Shown here in pieces: positions 20,162-30,044 of a stretch of DNA of 64,000 nt. This stretch comes from Capsulimonadaceae bacterium (GTDB lineage Bacteria > Armatimonadota > Armatimonadia > Armatimonadales > Capsulimonadaceae), in the NCBI GenBank assembly GCA_965215505.1, contig OZ244065.1:3168001-3232000 (forward strand), written 5' to 3'. The stretch's first letter is position 1. Every line of letters starts with the position of its first letter. A program made the position numbers and the translations under genes. The notes under the pieces are model-generated. The model had not been told where the DNA came from and made no database searches. It saw nothing but the letters and a program-made list of their open reading frames with translations.

Positions 20162-21871
20162 CTAGAGACTCGCCCGCACGATCAGGGACAGAAGCACGGC
20201 GCAGAAAACGCACACGCCCGCGAAGCGCAGTTGTGCCCGCCACTCGGCCTGCGCGGGCGCGGGGACGACCCGCCCGTCGCCCGCCGCCGCCTGCTCCTGG
20301 CCCACGCCGGACGCCGCGACGCCCAGGCCCAGCACCAGCCACAGGAACAGCGAGGCCCCGGCGGACTGCCAGGAGGCGTCGCTGTAGGCTTCCACCGCCT
20401 GGCCCGCGACGGCGGCGAGGCAGCCGATCAGGACGCGGCGGTGGAGCGGGCTGTCCCCGGCCTTGACTTCCTCCGCCCGCCCGAGTGCGCGGCCCCCGCC
20501 GAGGAAGAAGAGCGCCAGGGCGACCGCCCAGAGGGCCAGCCCCGGCAGGCCCGTCTCGACCGCCATCTGGAGGTAGGCACTGCGGGCGCGGTCCGCCGCC
20601 GACGGGCCGTGGCGGCGGACGACGGCGGCGGCATCCCCCTGGTGAGTCCATCCCTCCTGGAACACCGCGTAACAGCCAAGCCCCCAGCCCAGGACCGGCC
20701 GCGCCGCGATCATCGCCAGCAAAGCCCGCGCGTCCTGACCGCCCTGCGGCGTCTCACCGCGCGCCGTACCCGAAGCCGCCCGCGAGACGCCGCGCAGGAA
20801 GCCGCCGAACGAAGCCGCCCGGAAGAAGCGTGCCGGCGAGCCGCCCGCATAGGGATGCGGGCGGACCGCAGCCGCGAGGCCGGCCCGCCCTTGACGCAGG
20901 GCGTCGCCGCCGCCCGGCGTCAGCGAGAGGAACACGGCGGCGGCGCAGAAGAGCGTGATACCGTAAAGCGCCGTGTTCCGGGCCATCCGCCGCCGCTCCG
21001 CCGCCGCCCGCTCGCCCCGCCTCCCCGTGCGGTGGCGGGCCTGGGAGCGTCTCGATGCCGCCGCATTCCGGGCAGCCTGGATGCGCGCCGCCAGTGTCAC
21101 TCCCCCGGACGGCCACACGCGGACGCCCAGCCGCCGGCAGGTCAAGCCGAGGACCAGGAAAGCGACCAGCGCGCCGCGCTCGGCGGGGTGCCAGCGCGCC
21201 AGCAGCAGGGCGAGGACGCCCAGCACGGCCGCCGCCTGCCCGGCCCCGCGCTGGCCTAACGTGCCGGGTGCCCCGGCGGACAGGGCGACGACCGGGAGCA
21301 GGAGCATCAGGAGCGCCCCGAAGGAGCGGTGGGTCAGTGCGCCCGCGTCCATGCCGCCCGTCAGGAGCAGGCTGCCGATGGCGAGCGCGGACACCAGCAG
21401 GGTCACGGCGTTCAGGACGTCCAGCGCCAGCCGGAAGTCGGCCCCCTTGCGGACGCGGGAGGCGACCGTCGCGTAGACCGCCAGGCCCGCCCCCAGGTGC
21501 AGGAACCCTTGGAGGGCCGCCGTCCCGCCGTGCGCGAGGGCGGCGGTCAGGGCACTCCACACCCCGAGGCACAGCAGCCAGGGCGTCGGCCCGCGCTTGG
21601 CGAAAGCCAGGGCGCGGCGCAGTCCCGGCCCATCGGCCCGCAGGAGCGCGGCGGCAAGCAGCAGGACGCCGCCCGCCTCGAAGGCCGCCCCGCTCGCGCC
21701 GTCCCACGGCAGCGCGGGCCGGGGGCCGGGGAGGAGCGGCACCGCCAGCGCCATCAGCAGTGCCAGCGTCAGGGGCGGGTTGTCGCGGAGCAGGAGCCAC
21801 GGGCTTGTCTTCTGCCGGCGGCTGGACCTACGAGGGGTTGTAATGGTCATTGCGCTTCCCGGCGCTGACAC
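20162..21871 (-). CDS. O-antigen ligase (Wzy_C)-like membrane protein
   Basis: Multi-TM; RPVLGWGLG and YLQMAVETGLPGL motifs. Confidence 0.75.
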   Translation of the reverse strand: MSAPGSAMTITTPRRSSRRQKTSPWLLLRDNPPLTLALLMALAVPLLPGPRPALPWDGASGAAFEAGGVLLLAAALLRADGPGLRRALAFAKRGPTPWLLCLGVWSALTAALAHGGTAALQGFLHLGAGLAVYATVASRVRKGADFRLALDVLNAVTLLVSALAIGSLLLTGGMDAGALTHRSFGALLMLLLPVVALSAGAPGTLGQRGAGQAAAVLGVLALLLARWHPAERGALVAFLVLGLTCRRLGVRVWPSGGVTLAARIQAARNAAASRRSQARHRTGRRGERAAAERRRMARNTALYGITLFCAAAVFLSLTPGGGDALRQGRAGLAAAVRPHPYAGGSPARFFRAASFGGFLRGVSRAASGTARGETPQGGQDARALLAMIAARPVLGWGLGCYAVFQEGWTHQGDAAAVVRRHGPSAADRARSAYLQMAVETGLPGLALWAVALALFFLGGGRALGRAEEVKAGDSPLHRRVLIGCLAAVAGQAVEAYSDASWQSAGASLFLWLVLGLGVAASGVGQEQAAAGDGRVVPAPAQAEWRAQLRFAGVCVFCAVLLSLIVRASL

Positions 21872-22011
21872 CGCCCCTGTCCACTGAGGGGAACGGTGTG
21901 GGCACCAGACACATTATAACACGCATTTGCCGGCAGGGGATGAGTGAAAGTTGTTTCTGTCTTGCGGCGGGCGGGTCGAGGCGGGTGCCGGATCGGTGAG
22001 TCGGACGAGTC

Positions 22012-22169
22012 GGACGAGTGATTGAAATCACTCGCTAATCGGGACCTGTCCAGGGGACAGAAAAGGGGACGGACAGAAGAGGGGACGGACAGAAGACCGT
22101 GATGGCGGCCTCTGCCCCCTTGTCCCTTGGACAAATCGTGCCAAAGCGAGTGATTTCAATCACTCGTCC
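22012..22169. repeat. MITE/REP-like inverted-repeat element, family B
   Basis: GGACGAGTGATTGAAATCACTCGCT with its inverted copy at 22145-22169; inner GTCC...GGAC palindromes. Confidence 0.75.
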
Positions 22170-22227
22170 TGATCCTCTCGTCCTGGCTCGCTCTAAATGA
22201 CGTGCCTCAGCGCCCAGTGCCAGTTGA

Positions 22228-22731
22228 TTAGTCTTCCTCTTCGGCCCACGCCAGCCCAATCGCGAGCCGGGTGACCATCACGACGCCGGTGTCGAACGTG
22301 CTTTCCGTGGCTGGATTGCAGCCGAGCATCGGCCTCAGATGCACGTCGTACATGGCCGGACCGTCCACGGCCTTGCCGTTCGTGAAGTATCGGTGCCGCT
22401 GCCCGGAAGTACCTCGCGCACAGGCGGTCATGAATCCCTCAGTCAGCCTTTTGGCTTCCCTCTCGTCCATGATCTCCGTCCGGTAGGCGAGACTCCTGGA
22501 AAGCATCCGTACCATGATCCATCGGGCCGTGTCGTGGTTGACTTCATTCCAGCCATCGCCGAGCGGTTCGAGTCGGTGTTCGGCGGCGAAGGCATCCAGC
22601 AGGGCCGTCACGTCACCATTGAAGACGGCTTGCAAGCCTCTGGAGAAGCCGTCGAGCGGCGGCTGCAAGCGCGAAATGCCGCAGCGGACGGCCTCCGGGT
22701 CGGCGTCAGACACGAACGAGGTCCCGGTCAC
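22228..22731 (-). CDS. Hypothetical protein
   Basis: 167-aa ORF overlapping the upstream stop (GTGA); LAYR, YFTN and PATESTFDTGV motifs. Confidence 0.65.
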   Translation of the reverse strand: MTGTSFVSDADPEAVRCGISRLQPPLDGFSRGLQAVFNGDVTALLDAFAAEHRLEPLGDGWNEVNHDTARWIMVRMLSRSLAYRTEIMDEREAKRLTEGFMTACARGTSGQRHRYFTNGKAVDGPAMYDVHLRPMLGCNPATESTFDTGVVMVTRLAIGLAWAEEED

Positions 22732-24662
22732 AGCCCCGTCCCCGGCGTGCCGCTGTAGAGGATGACCGGCGGGTCGGGCTGGCCCGACGCCTTGCGGGCG
22801 GCGTGCTGGCGGCGGACATCATCCAATAGCCCCGGCACGGACTGGGGCGGGGCGGCGGGGGCGGAGAAGGCGGCGGTGAAGGTGGGCCAGAACTGGTCTA
22901 TATTGTGGGAGTAGTCGAAGACCATGACGCCCTGGGTGGAGGCCGTCGCCGCCTGCAAGGCGCGGGCCAGAAGCTCGGGGTGGCCGTTGTAGTTGGACAG
23001 GGCGATGCCCGCATAAACGAAGGTCTGGTCGTTGACGGCGCGGTTGGAGAACTGGCCCGCCGCCTCGACGCTCTCGCCCGCCGGTCTACCCGCCGCGATG
23101 GCGTCGGCCACCGTGGCGGGCGGGTAGTAGCAGCCCGTGGTCAGCCAGTCGATCAGCCCGGCGAAGCCGGTCTTCTGGTAGGTGGGGGTCAGGAAGCGCA
23201 GGCCCGCCGAGAAGTCGTCCGCGCCCCAGTTGGAGCCTAAAGTCGGGTACTCGGGATACCAGGACCCGGCATAGACGCTGACCTGGGCGGCCGGCCGGAT
23301 GGCCTTGACGGTGGCGACGGCCGAGGCCAGCCAGTTGCGGATGGTCAGGGTGCGGAAGACCAGCCAGGCGTCATAGTCCGGGCCGGGGACGATGCGTTTG
23401 GCGAGCGACGGGTAGGCCACCTGATAGGAAAACACGTCATCGGGCCAGCGGACGGGGTGGCCGACGTAGGCTTCAAACTGGGCGTGGGTGATCGGGCTGA
23501 AGTCGGCGTTCGCGCCCGCGTAGCGCATCCGGTCATCAAAGATGACGCCGTCCACCTGGTAGCCGCGCACGACCTCGGCGACCATGGACAGGATGCGGGT
23601 CTGGACGGCCGGGTCGTTCGGGTTGACCATCAGCGGCACCTGCTGCTCGGGCCGGGCGCTAATCGGGACGAAGGCCGAGTTGGTGAGCATCGAAACCTGC
23701 GCGCCGACCGGGGCGAAGCGCCGCAGCCAGTCCCCCGCCGCCCCGCCGCCGACCAGGGCGCTGCCGCCGGGCGGGACAGTGGCGGAGATGGAGGCCAGCG
23801 CCGCGCCATCTGCCAAAGCGACCACGCGCAGGTCGGCGTTCACCAGGGCCACGACGCTTCCCGGCACCGCCTTCATGCTTGCGGTCTCGGTGTAGGCCGC
23901 CAGCAGGTCCGGCGTCCGGGGCGGAACATTCGCCCGGTCCGACAGGCCGTAGGGGGACGCGCCGGCCGCGTTGGACATGACGCTCAGGGCCGGCTCACAG
24001 AGCGTCGTCTGCCACTCGGGGTGCGTGTACCCCGGACCGTACTTGACGTCCCGGTGGCCCTCGCTGAAGACGTTCATGCTCGCGACGATCTGGAGGCCCT
24101 GAGCGTGGGCCTGGGCGACCATAGCGGCCAGCGGATCAAAGTCGGCGGGCAGGGTCTTCCCGTTCAGCCAGGTCGTCAGCTTGGGCGCATACTTGCTGGG
24201 GTAGAGGGTGTAGCCGACGATGGGCTTGACGTCCATGACGATGGTGTTGAAGCCCGCCTTCTTGACCAGGCCGACCAGTGTCGCGATCTTCTCCTGGCTG
24301 TTGGTCCGGTTCAGGTTCGCGGTGGCATCCACCCAGATGACGCGCGCCTGCGCTCCCTTCGCCCGCGCCGCCTGCTGCGCGATGCCGACGCCGTTGTTGG
24401 CCTCGTCGAGTTGGACGGCCGGGATGCCTTTCAGCGGCACATAGGCCGGGGCGGCGACCGGGGCGGGCACGGCCAGCGGCGGCGCGACCGTGACGGGGGG
24501 AGGGCTGTTCGGGGGCGCGGGCAGCGTTATGTCCGGCGGCGGGACTGAGATCGGTGCCCCTCCGACGGGCGGGGCGGGGACCTGTGCGGCCAGCGGGCCG
24601 CCGGCGAGTGCATTCATTCCGAGGCCGAGCGCAAGCGCGGCGATCCAGTTCGGGCGGGTCAA
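22728..24662 (-). CDS. Secreted glycosyl hydrolase-like 10 (DUF187) protein
   Basis: AGFNTIVMDVK, FDPLAAMV, NPNDPAVQ and YQVDGVIFDDRMRY motifs; TTG start after GAAGGA. Confidence 0.8.
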   Translation of the reverse strand: MTRPNWIAALALGLGMNALAGGPLAAQVPAPPVGGAPISVPPPDITLPAPPNSPPPVTVAPPLAVPAPVAAPAYVPLKGIPAVQLDEANNGVGIAQQAARAKGAQARVIWVDATANLNRTNSQEKIATLVGLVKKAGFNTIVMDVKPIVGYTLYPSKYAPKLTTWLNGKTLPADFDPLAAMVAQAHAQGLQIVASMNVFSEGHRDVKYGPGYTHPEWQTTLCEPALSVMSNAAGASPYGLSDRANVPPRTPDLLAAYTETASMKAVPGSVVALVNADLRVVALADGAALASISATVPPGGSALVGGGAAGDWLRRFAPVGAQVSMLTNSAFVPISARPEQQVPLMVNPNDPAVQTRILSMVAEVVRGYQVDGVIFDDRMRYAGANADFSPITHAQFEAYVGHPVRWPDDVFSYQVAYPSLAKRIVPGPDYDAWLVFRTLTIRNWLASAVATVKAIRPAAQVSVYAGSWYPEYPTLGSNWGADDFSAGLRFLTPTYQKTGFAGLIDWLTTGCYYPPATVADAIAAGRPAGESVEAAGQFSNRAVNDQTFVYAGIALSNYNGHPELLARALQAATASTQGVMVFDYSHNIDQFWPTFTAAFSAPAAPPQSVPGLLDDVRRQHAARKASGQPDPPVILYSGTPGTGL

Positions 24663-24819
24663 GGCATGTCCTTCAAGCAGCCCCGGCGGCTTCGAGGGGT
24701 CCAGAAAGCGCGTCGGGGTGGCGTGGGCGTTGGACTCATTATAGCACACGGCGAGCGGGGGGTAGGCAGAAAAAAGCGGCAGCCCATCAGGCTGCCGCTC
24801 TCAGTCTTCTGTATTCGCC

Positions 24820-25185
24820 CTAATAGGCGGGGGGCGTGATCGCCGGGCCGACGAGGGGCGACAGCGCGGGCGGGGCGAGTGAGTAGATGTTCGCGTTGGC
24901 GTCCATGGCCGAGTCGCCGATGTCGGCGATGATCTGCGCGGCCTCTTTCCAAAACTTCGCGAGGAAGAAGGTCAGTGCGGCGAAGGCGGCCCCGATGAGA
25001 AGGACGATGAACCCGGCGAAGCCGTACTGGCTCATCAGGGTGATCCCGCCGATGATCGCCCCCAGCCCTTGAAGGCCCGCGATGATCATCAGGATGGTCG
25101 TAATGATCCCGATGATGCCCCGGTAGGTGGGGTAGGCCGTGTTGGCACGAATGGCGTTCACATGCGCCTGTTTCCCTGTGTCCAT
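24820..25185 (-). CDS. Small membrane protein
   Basis: Two long hydrophobic segments; AAGGA RBS. Confidence 0.65.
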   Translation of the reverse strand: MDTGKQAHVNAIRANTAYPTYRGIIGIITTILMIIAGLQGLGAIIGGITLMSQYGFAGFIVLLIGAAFAALTFFLAKFWKEAAQIIADIGDSAMDANANIYSLAPPALSPLVGPAITPPAY

Positions 25186-25325
25186 GGTTGTTGGTGTTCC
25201 TTGAAGATGTGCTTGCAGCGTGAGAAATGTTTACAGCTTGCCTTCCTGGATCGTTTGCGGGGTGTCATGTCCCCTTTCTCTATGTCTCCTTCCTCATGGC
25301 GTTCCGTTCGGCGCTCATTCCGTGG

Positions 25326-27476
25326 CTACCTGGCCTCCTGCGCCTTCATGACCTGGGCGATGTCGGCCCGGTGGTTCTGGGCGGCATAGTCCAGCGCGCT
25401 CTTCCCCCGGCTGTCTTTGGCGTGGCTGTCCGCGTGATGCGCCAGCAGCAGTGTCACCATCTCGGCCTGCCCCGCCTGGGCGGCGAGCATCAGCGCGGTC
25501 TGCCCGGACAGCGGCTTCGGCTTCTTGGCGAACAGGCCGCTGATCGCGCTGCCGATATCCACCTGGTAGCCGTTCGCGGTCTTGTGGAGGATGCTGTTGC
25601 TGTCCGCCGCGCCGGATTTGCCGCCCTGCTCGGTCGCGCGGCTCGCGTCCGCCCCCTTCTCCAGCAGCACCTGCACGACATCGGCGTGCGAGAGCGAGGC
25701 CGCCGTGACGATGGCCGGGAAGCCCTCGCCGTCCTTGACGTTGATGTCCGCGCCCCGGTCGAGTTCGGTTTGGATGCGCTGGGCCATGTCGCTCGGGGCG
25801 TAGTGGCCGGTGTTGAGCGTCACCATGAGCTGCAAGAAGGCCGCGTTCTCCTGCTGCGGATCGAGCCGGGGCTGAGGGCCGACGGGCGGCGCGGCCAGCG
25901 CCGGGTGGTCCTGCGTGAATTGTATCCCCGGCACTTGCGGGGCCGCGCCGGGCGCTGCCACCGTGCCTACATCCAGAGTAAGCACCTTCTTACGCTTCGG
26001 CGGGTTGGCCGAATACTCATACGCCCCAATACTGGGCGGGCTGGGGCGCTTCTGCCCGTCGGCGTCGGTCGTGACGCCGGGGTCGGGCTTGGCGTTAGAG
26101 TTGTTGGGATCGGCCTTGGCGGGTCCAATCGTGATGCCTGCGCCCCGGCAGGGGGAACCAGCTTGTAGGTGCAGGTCGCCGTTGGCGGCGTCTGCGAAGC
26201 CAGGGTTGGCCTTGATGTTGCCGGTCCCGCTCAGGCCACCTTGAATGTCGCAGTAGGTCACGGTCGTCGTTTGGTTGCCGTCCGCAGGCGTCCCTATTTC
26301 GGCGGCGTTTGCTGCGGTATTGCCCCAAAGAATATCATTCGTTAGGATCGCTGTGGCATCATTTTCCAAACCGCCGCCTTGAGCTATGGTTCGGGCATCT
26401 GTTGACGCTTTAGCGATGTTCCCCGATATACTGCAAAAACGGATAATGGCGTGGCCTGTATTTAGCAGGCCACCGCCATTGCCTGTAGCAGTATTACTAG
26501 AAATGATGCAGTTGGTTAGTATCAAAGAACTACGATTGGAAATACCGCCGCCTCTATCACTGGTGTTGTCAGTGAATGTGCAGCCGGTCACGATCAAGAC
26601 TCCAGGACCAAATAGATTTTCATTCTCTACGCCACCACCACTGCCGTTACTAGTGTTGCCGATGAAGGCGCATTTAACTACTGTAGCGGTGCCACCATTG
26701 TTCATGCCGCCCCCATAGCTACCACAAATGTTACTGGCGAAGGTGCAATCGATCAGCGTTGCCGTACCAGCATTATTAACACCGCCGCCGTATTCGCTTT
26801 TGTTGTTAGTAAAGGTACAGCCGGTCAGCATCGCCGTGCAGCCGTTGCCGTTTAAAACGGCACCGCCGCTGTATTCGCTTTTGTTATTAGTGAAGGTACA
26901 GCCGGTTAGGGTCGCTGCACCACGGTTGGAAACGCAACCGTTAGAGTTGCTAAGGAAAAGGCAGTCGGTTAAGGTAGCCGTACCGCCGTTGAAAACGCAG
27001 CCGCCGGTGTTATCTCTGAAGCCACACTTGTTGAGCTTAATCGTACAGTCCCCAACTCTCACAGCGGCTTGGCTATTTCCATTCTTGATCGTCAAGCCGT
27101 CCAAAAGGATATTCTTCTCCTTGCTGTGGAAGTTGAAAGCATAATGCTGTGCCTCTTGTGTACCCTGGCAGTCAATGATCGCCTTGCCCGGACCGGACTG
27201 CGACACAATGCTCAGGCTCTTCCCCGCGAAGTCTATGTCTCGGTTGCCGTTGCCCTGATAGATGGCGTAGGCCAGGGCGATGGTGTCGCCGGTGGACGCA
27301 TTGTTGACGGCGGCCTGGATCGTCTTGTAGGGCGAAGCGATGGCACCGGAGTTGTCGTCGCTGCCTTTCGGCGAGACGTAGAGCGTGGCGGCGCGTACCG
27401 GCAGAGTGAGGGCGCAGAGCAGGAGGGCGCAGAGGATGAGTGCGGGAAGCGGGCGAACGGGGGCGAAGGTGAGCAT
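25326..27476 (-). CDS. Secreted right-handed beta-helix (GGA/FxxN repeats) protein with C-terminal ankyrin repeats
   Basis: Signal peptide, YVSPKGSD..SPYKTIQAAV, repeated CTFTNN..GG, ankyrin motifs TALMLAA and SALDYAA; AGGAG RBS. Confidence 0.85.
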   Translation of the reverse strand: MLTFAPVRPLPALILCALLLCALTLPVRAATLYVSPKGSDDNSGAIASPYKTIQAAVNNASTGDTIALAYAIYQGNGNRDIDFAGKSLSIVSQSGPGKAIIDCQGTQEAQHYAFNFHSKEKNILLDGLTIKNGNSQAAVRVGDCTIKLNKCGFRDNTGGCVFNGGTATLTDCLFLSNSNGCVSNRGAATLTGCTFTNNKSEYSGGAVLNGNGCTAMLTGCTFTNNKSEYGGGVNNAGTATLIDCTFASNICGSYGGGMNNGGTATVVKCAFIGNTSNGSGGGVENENLFGPGVLIVTGCTFTDNTSDRGGGISNRSSLILTNCIISSNTATGNGGGLLNTGHAIIRFCSISGNIAKASTDARTIAQGGGLENDATAILTNDILWGNTAANAAEIGTPADGNQTTTVTYCDIQGGLSGTGNIKANPGFADAANGDLHLQAGSPCRGAGITIGPAKADPNNSNAKPDPGVTTDADGQKRPSPPSIGAYEYSANPPKRKKVLTLDVGTVAAPGAAPQVPGIQFTQDHPALAAPPVGPQPRLDPQQENAAFLQLMVTLNTGHYAPSDMAQRIQTELDRGADINVKDGEGFPAIVTAASLSHADVVQVLLEKGADASRATEQGGKSGAADSNSILHKTANGYQVDIGSAISGLFAKKPKPLSGQTALMLAAQAGQAEMVTLLLAHHADSHAKDSRGKSALDYAAQNHRADIAQVMKAQEAR

Positions 27477-27735
27477 TTCTTTCTCCTGTTGCGGAACGGC
27501 GGGACGCGGCGGCAACCCACTAAAGGGCCAGGAACAACGGTGCATCAGGTGGCGCGCATTGACCGCAGCAGTGCGGGCGGAGGGACGGGAGCGAGATCGG
27601 GTAGTGCAGTGTTCGCGGCGGTGGTGCAAGGAAGGCCGGAACGCTGTATTCTATCACACGGGCGGGCGTCCTGTCAACATATGGCGCAGGGGTTTTGCCG
27701 GCCTTTTTGTGCGGGCTTGTCGGCCCCGGAAGATA

Positions 27736-27905
27736 CCACGGGTTGAAACCCGAGGCTGAGGAAGGCCCACCGTCCAAGGGACGTTACGAGGATGTGGCAG
27801 GGAAGGGATAGGAGGGCGGGGGGACCCCGCCCCTACGCGCTTGTGTTCTGCTTCTTGCGTCCCCTGGACGCTGGGCTTTTCGGTGCCTCGGGTTTCAACC
27901 CGTGG
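27736..27905. repeat. Inverted-repeat element (family B variant) with an internal GTAG REP
   Basis: CCACGGGTTGAAACCCGAGGC / GCCTCGGGTTTCAACCCGTGG; inner GTCCAAGGGAC / GTCCCCTGGAC. Confidence 0.7.
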
Positions 27906-27990
27906 CGTGAGGCCCCCACGCGATGTTTGTGAGGTACACTAAGGCCAGGACGCGGCGGCGCAAGCGACGGCCCCGCGCGGGAGCAAACCG

Positions 27991-29205
27991 ATGGACGGCA
28001 AGCGGCTACTACATTCTTTGAGGTTCGAAAACTTCCTGTCCTACGGCCCGGAAGGCGTTCAACTGGAGCTAGAGCCTCTGAACATCCTGATCGGTCAGAA
28101 TGCGTCGGGGAAGTCGAATCTCATCCAGGCGATTGAACTGCTTCGTGCCGCGTCCAACGGTCTTGCCGCTTTCCTGAGACAAGGCGGCGGTGTCGTCGAG
28201 TGGCTTTACAAAGGTGGAAGAAATTTAGCGACGGCGGAGGTTGCCGCGTCGGTGGATTATCCTGCGTTGGATGACCAGTTGCAGCATATTCTGTCATTCA
28301 CAGTAGACGGCCAACAGCTAGAAATCGTTGACGAGGCAGTCAACAGCACTATCGTCAGCAAAAGGCCAGGGATGCCTACCGTCTACTACAGTTACGGGCA
28401 TGGCGAGCCGGCTGTAGCGGTGCGGGTGAGTACCGTCAGTGGGTATGAAGAGACCCCAACGCTACGATGGGGGAAACAGCCAATTACCGGCATCAAGCCT
28501 GATGCGTCTATACTCTCGCAGCGGACTGACCCTGATGTCTATCCCCAGTTCAACTATTTGGCGGAACAGTATCGGGCCATCAAAGTCTACCGCGACTTCA
28601 GCTTGGAGGGGCAAAACTCCATGCGTCGCCCGCAACTGGCTGATCTGCCTGCGGATTTCTTGGAGGAAGACGGGCGCAACCTCAGCCTCGTCCTTTCCCG
28701 CCTGCAACACTGGGGCCTTTTGGAAACCATTAGCGAGAAGCTGAGGGCAGTTTATGAGGATGTAGACAGGATCAGCGTCAACCTCGACGGCGGTACGGTG
28801 CAGACGTACATCTACGAGCGCGGCATGAGCAGCGCGATCCCCGCCGCGCGGCTGTCTGACGGGACGTTGCGCTACCTGTGCCTGCTGGCGATCCTGTACC
28901 ACCCCACCCCGCCGCCGCTCATTTGCCTGGAGGAGCCGGAGATCGGGCTGCACCCGGACCTCATTTCCGGCCTCGCCAAGATGCTGAAGGAAGCATCACA
29001 ACGTACCCAACTTATCGTGACCACACACTCCGACTTGCTGGTTTCCAAGTTCAGCGACACGCCGGAGGCGGTCGTCGTCTGTGAGCGGACGCCAAACGGA
29101 ACCACTCTGGAGCGGCTGGATACAAGCAAGCTAGGCTTCTGGCTGGAAGAATACTCGCTGGGCGAGGTCTGGATGAAAGGCGCTATCGGGGGAACGCGCT
29201 GGTGA
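27991..29205 (+). CDS. ABC-type ATPase (AAA_21 family)
   Basis: GQNASGKSN, LSDGTLR, LEEPEIGLHP and TTHS motifs. Confidence 0.9.
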   Translation: MDGKRLLHSLRFENFLSYGPEGVQLELEPLNILIGQNASGKSNLIQAIELLRAASNGLAAFLRQGGGVVEWLYKGGRNLATAEVAASVDYPALDDQLQHILSFTVDGQQLEIVDEAVNSTIVSKRPGMPTVYYSYGHGEPAVAVRVSTVSGYEETPTLRWGKQPITGIKPDASILSQRTDPDVYPQFNYLAEQYRAIKVYRDFSLEGQNSMRRPQLADLPADFLEEDGRNLSLVLSRLQHWGLLETISEKLRAVYEDVDRISVNLDGGTVQTYIYERGMSSAIPAARLSDGTLRYLCLLAILYHPTPPPLICLEEPEIGLHPDLISGLAKMLKEASQRTQLIVTTHSDLLVSKFSDTPEAVVVCERTPNGTTLERLDTSKLGFWLEEYSLGEVWMKGAIGGTRW

Positions 29206-29861
29206 CTCTGATAGTGTTCCATGTTGAAGGCGGCATCAGCAAAAATCAAGATGGCGAGATGCGGGAGGGCTTCCGTAAATTCTTTGCCGAACTTGACGGA
29301 TCGGTCAGAAGTAAAGGCAACCGGATTCAGTTCGTCCCGGTTGGCCCGCGCCTTCAGGCTTACAACCACTTTCGCGCCGCTCTCAAGAGTGAGCCGGAGG
29401 CATATCATGTACCCCTGGTGGACTCGGAAGACCTGGTAGCGCAGTGGGGTAAATGCTGGCGACATCTTCGTGAGCGTCGGGGTGACGGGTGGAAGAAACC
29501 TGCCGGTGTGACGGACGCGCACTGTCACTTGATGGTGCAGGCGATAGAAGCCTGGCTTTTTGCCGATCTGGAAGCCCTCGAAGGGTATTACAAGCAGGGC
29601 TTTCAGGCGGGCAGCCTGCCGAAGCGGCGGCATGTGGAGGAGGTTCCAAAGAGCCAGCACATTCCGGCCCTGGAAGCAGCGACACGCCATTCACAGAAAG
29701 GCCTTTACCACAAGACACGGCACCTGCCGGACCTGCTTGGTGAGATTGACGTTGCAAAAGTCCGTGAGCGCGCCTGGCACTGCGACCGCATCTTTGTCAC
29801 GCTGTCGAGAAGACTCGGGACGGAACTGCCGCCGCTTTGCACATTACAGCCGGAGCCGTGA
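29202..29861 (+). CDS. DUF4276-like (TOPRIM-related) protein
   Basis: HVEGG, LVDSE, LMVQAIEAWLFAD and YHKTRH motifs; GTGA-coupled to the ATPase. Confidence 0.8.
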   Translation: MTLIVFHVEGGISKNQDGEMREGFRKFFAELDGSVRSKGNRIQFVPVGPRLQAYNHFRAALKSEPEAYHVPLVDSEDLVAQWGKCWRHLRERRGDGWKKPAGVTDAHCHLMVQAIEAWLFADLEALEGYYKQGFQAGSLPKRRHVEEVPKSQHIPALEAATRHSQKGLYHKTRHLPDLLGEIDVAKVRERAWHCDRIFVTLSRRLGTELPPLCTLQPEP

Positions 29862-29867
29862 GTGTGC

Positions 29868-30008
29868 GTAGGGGTGCCGCTTGCCGCGCCCCCCTTTTCC
29901 TTGCTGTGCCCCACGCCGGGGAAAGGCGTGATGAAGGAGGGCGTGATGAATCACGCCCCCACGCCGATAGGTCAGATGGCCGTAGGGGCGGGGTTCCCCC
30001 GCCCTCTT
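29868..30008. repeat. Cluster of GTAG-type REP palindromes
   Basis: GTAGGGGTGCCGCTTGCCGCGCCCC, GGGCGTGATGAATCACGCCCC and GTAGGGGCGGGGTTCCCCCGCCC between convergent genes. Confidence 0.7.
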
Positions 30009-30044
30009 CGCTTGCCACCCTCTTCGCCCACGCCTCACCGCCCC

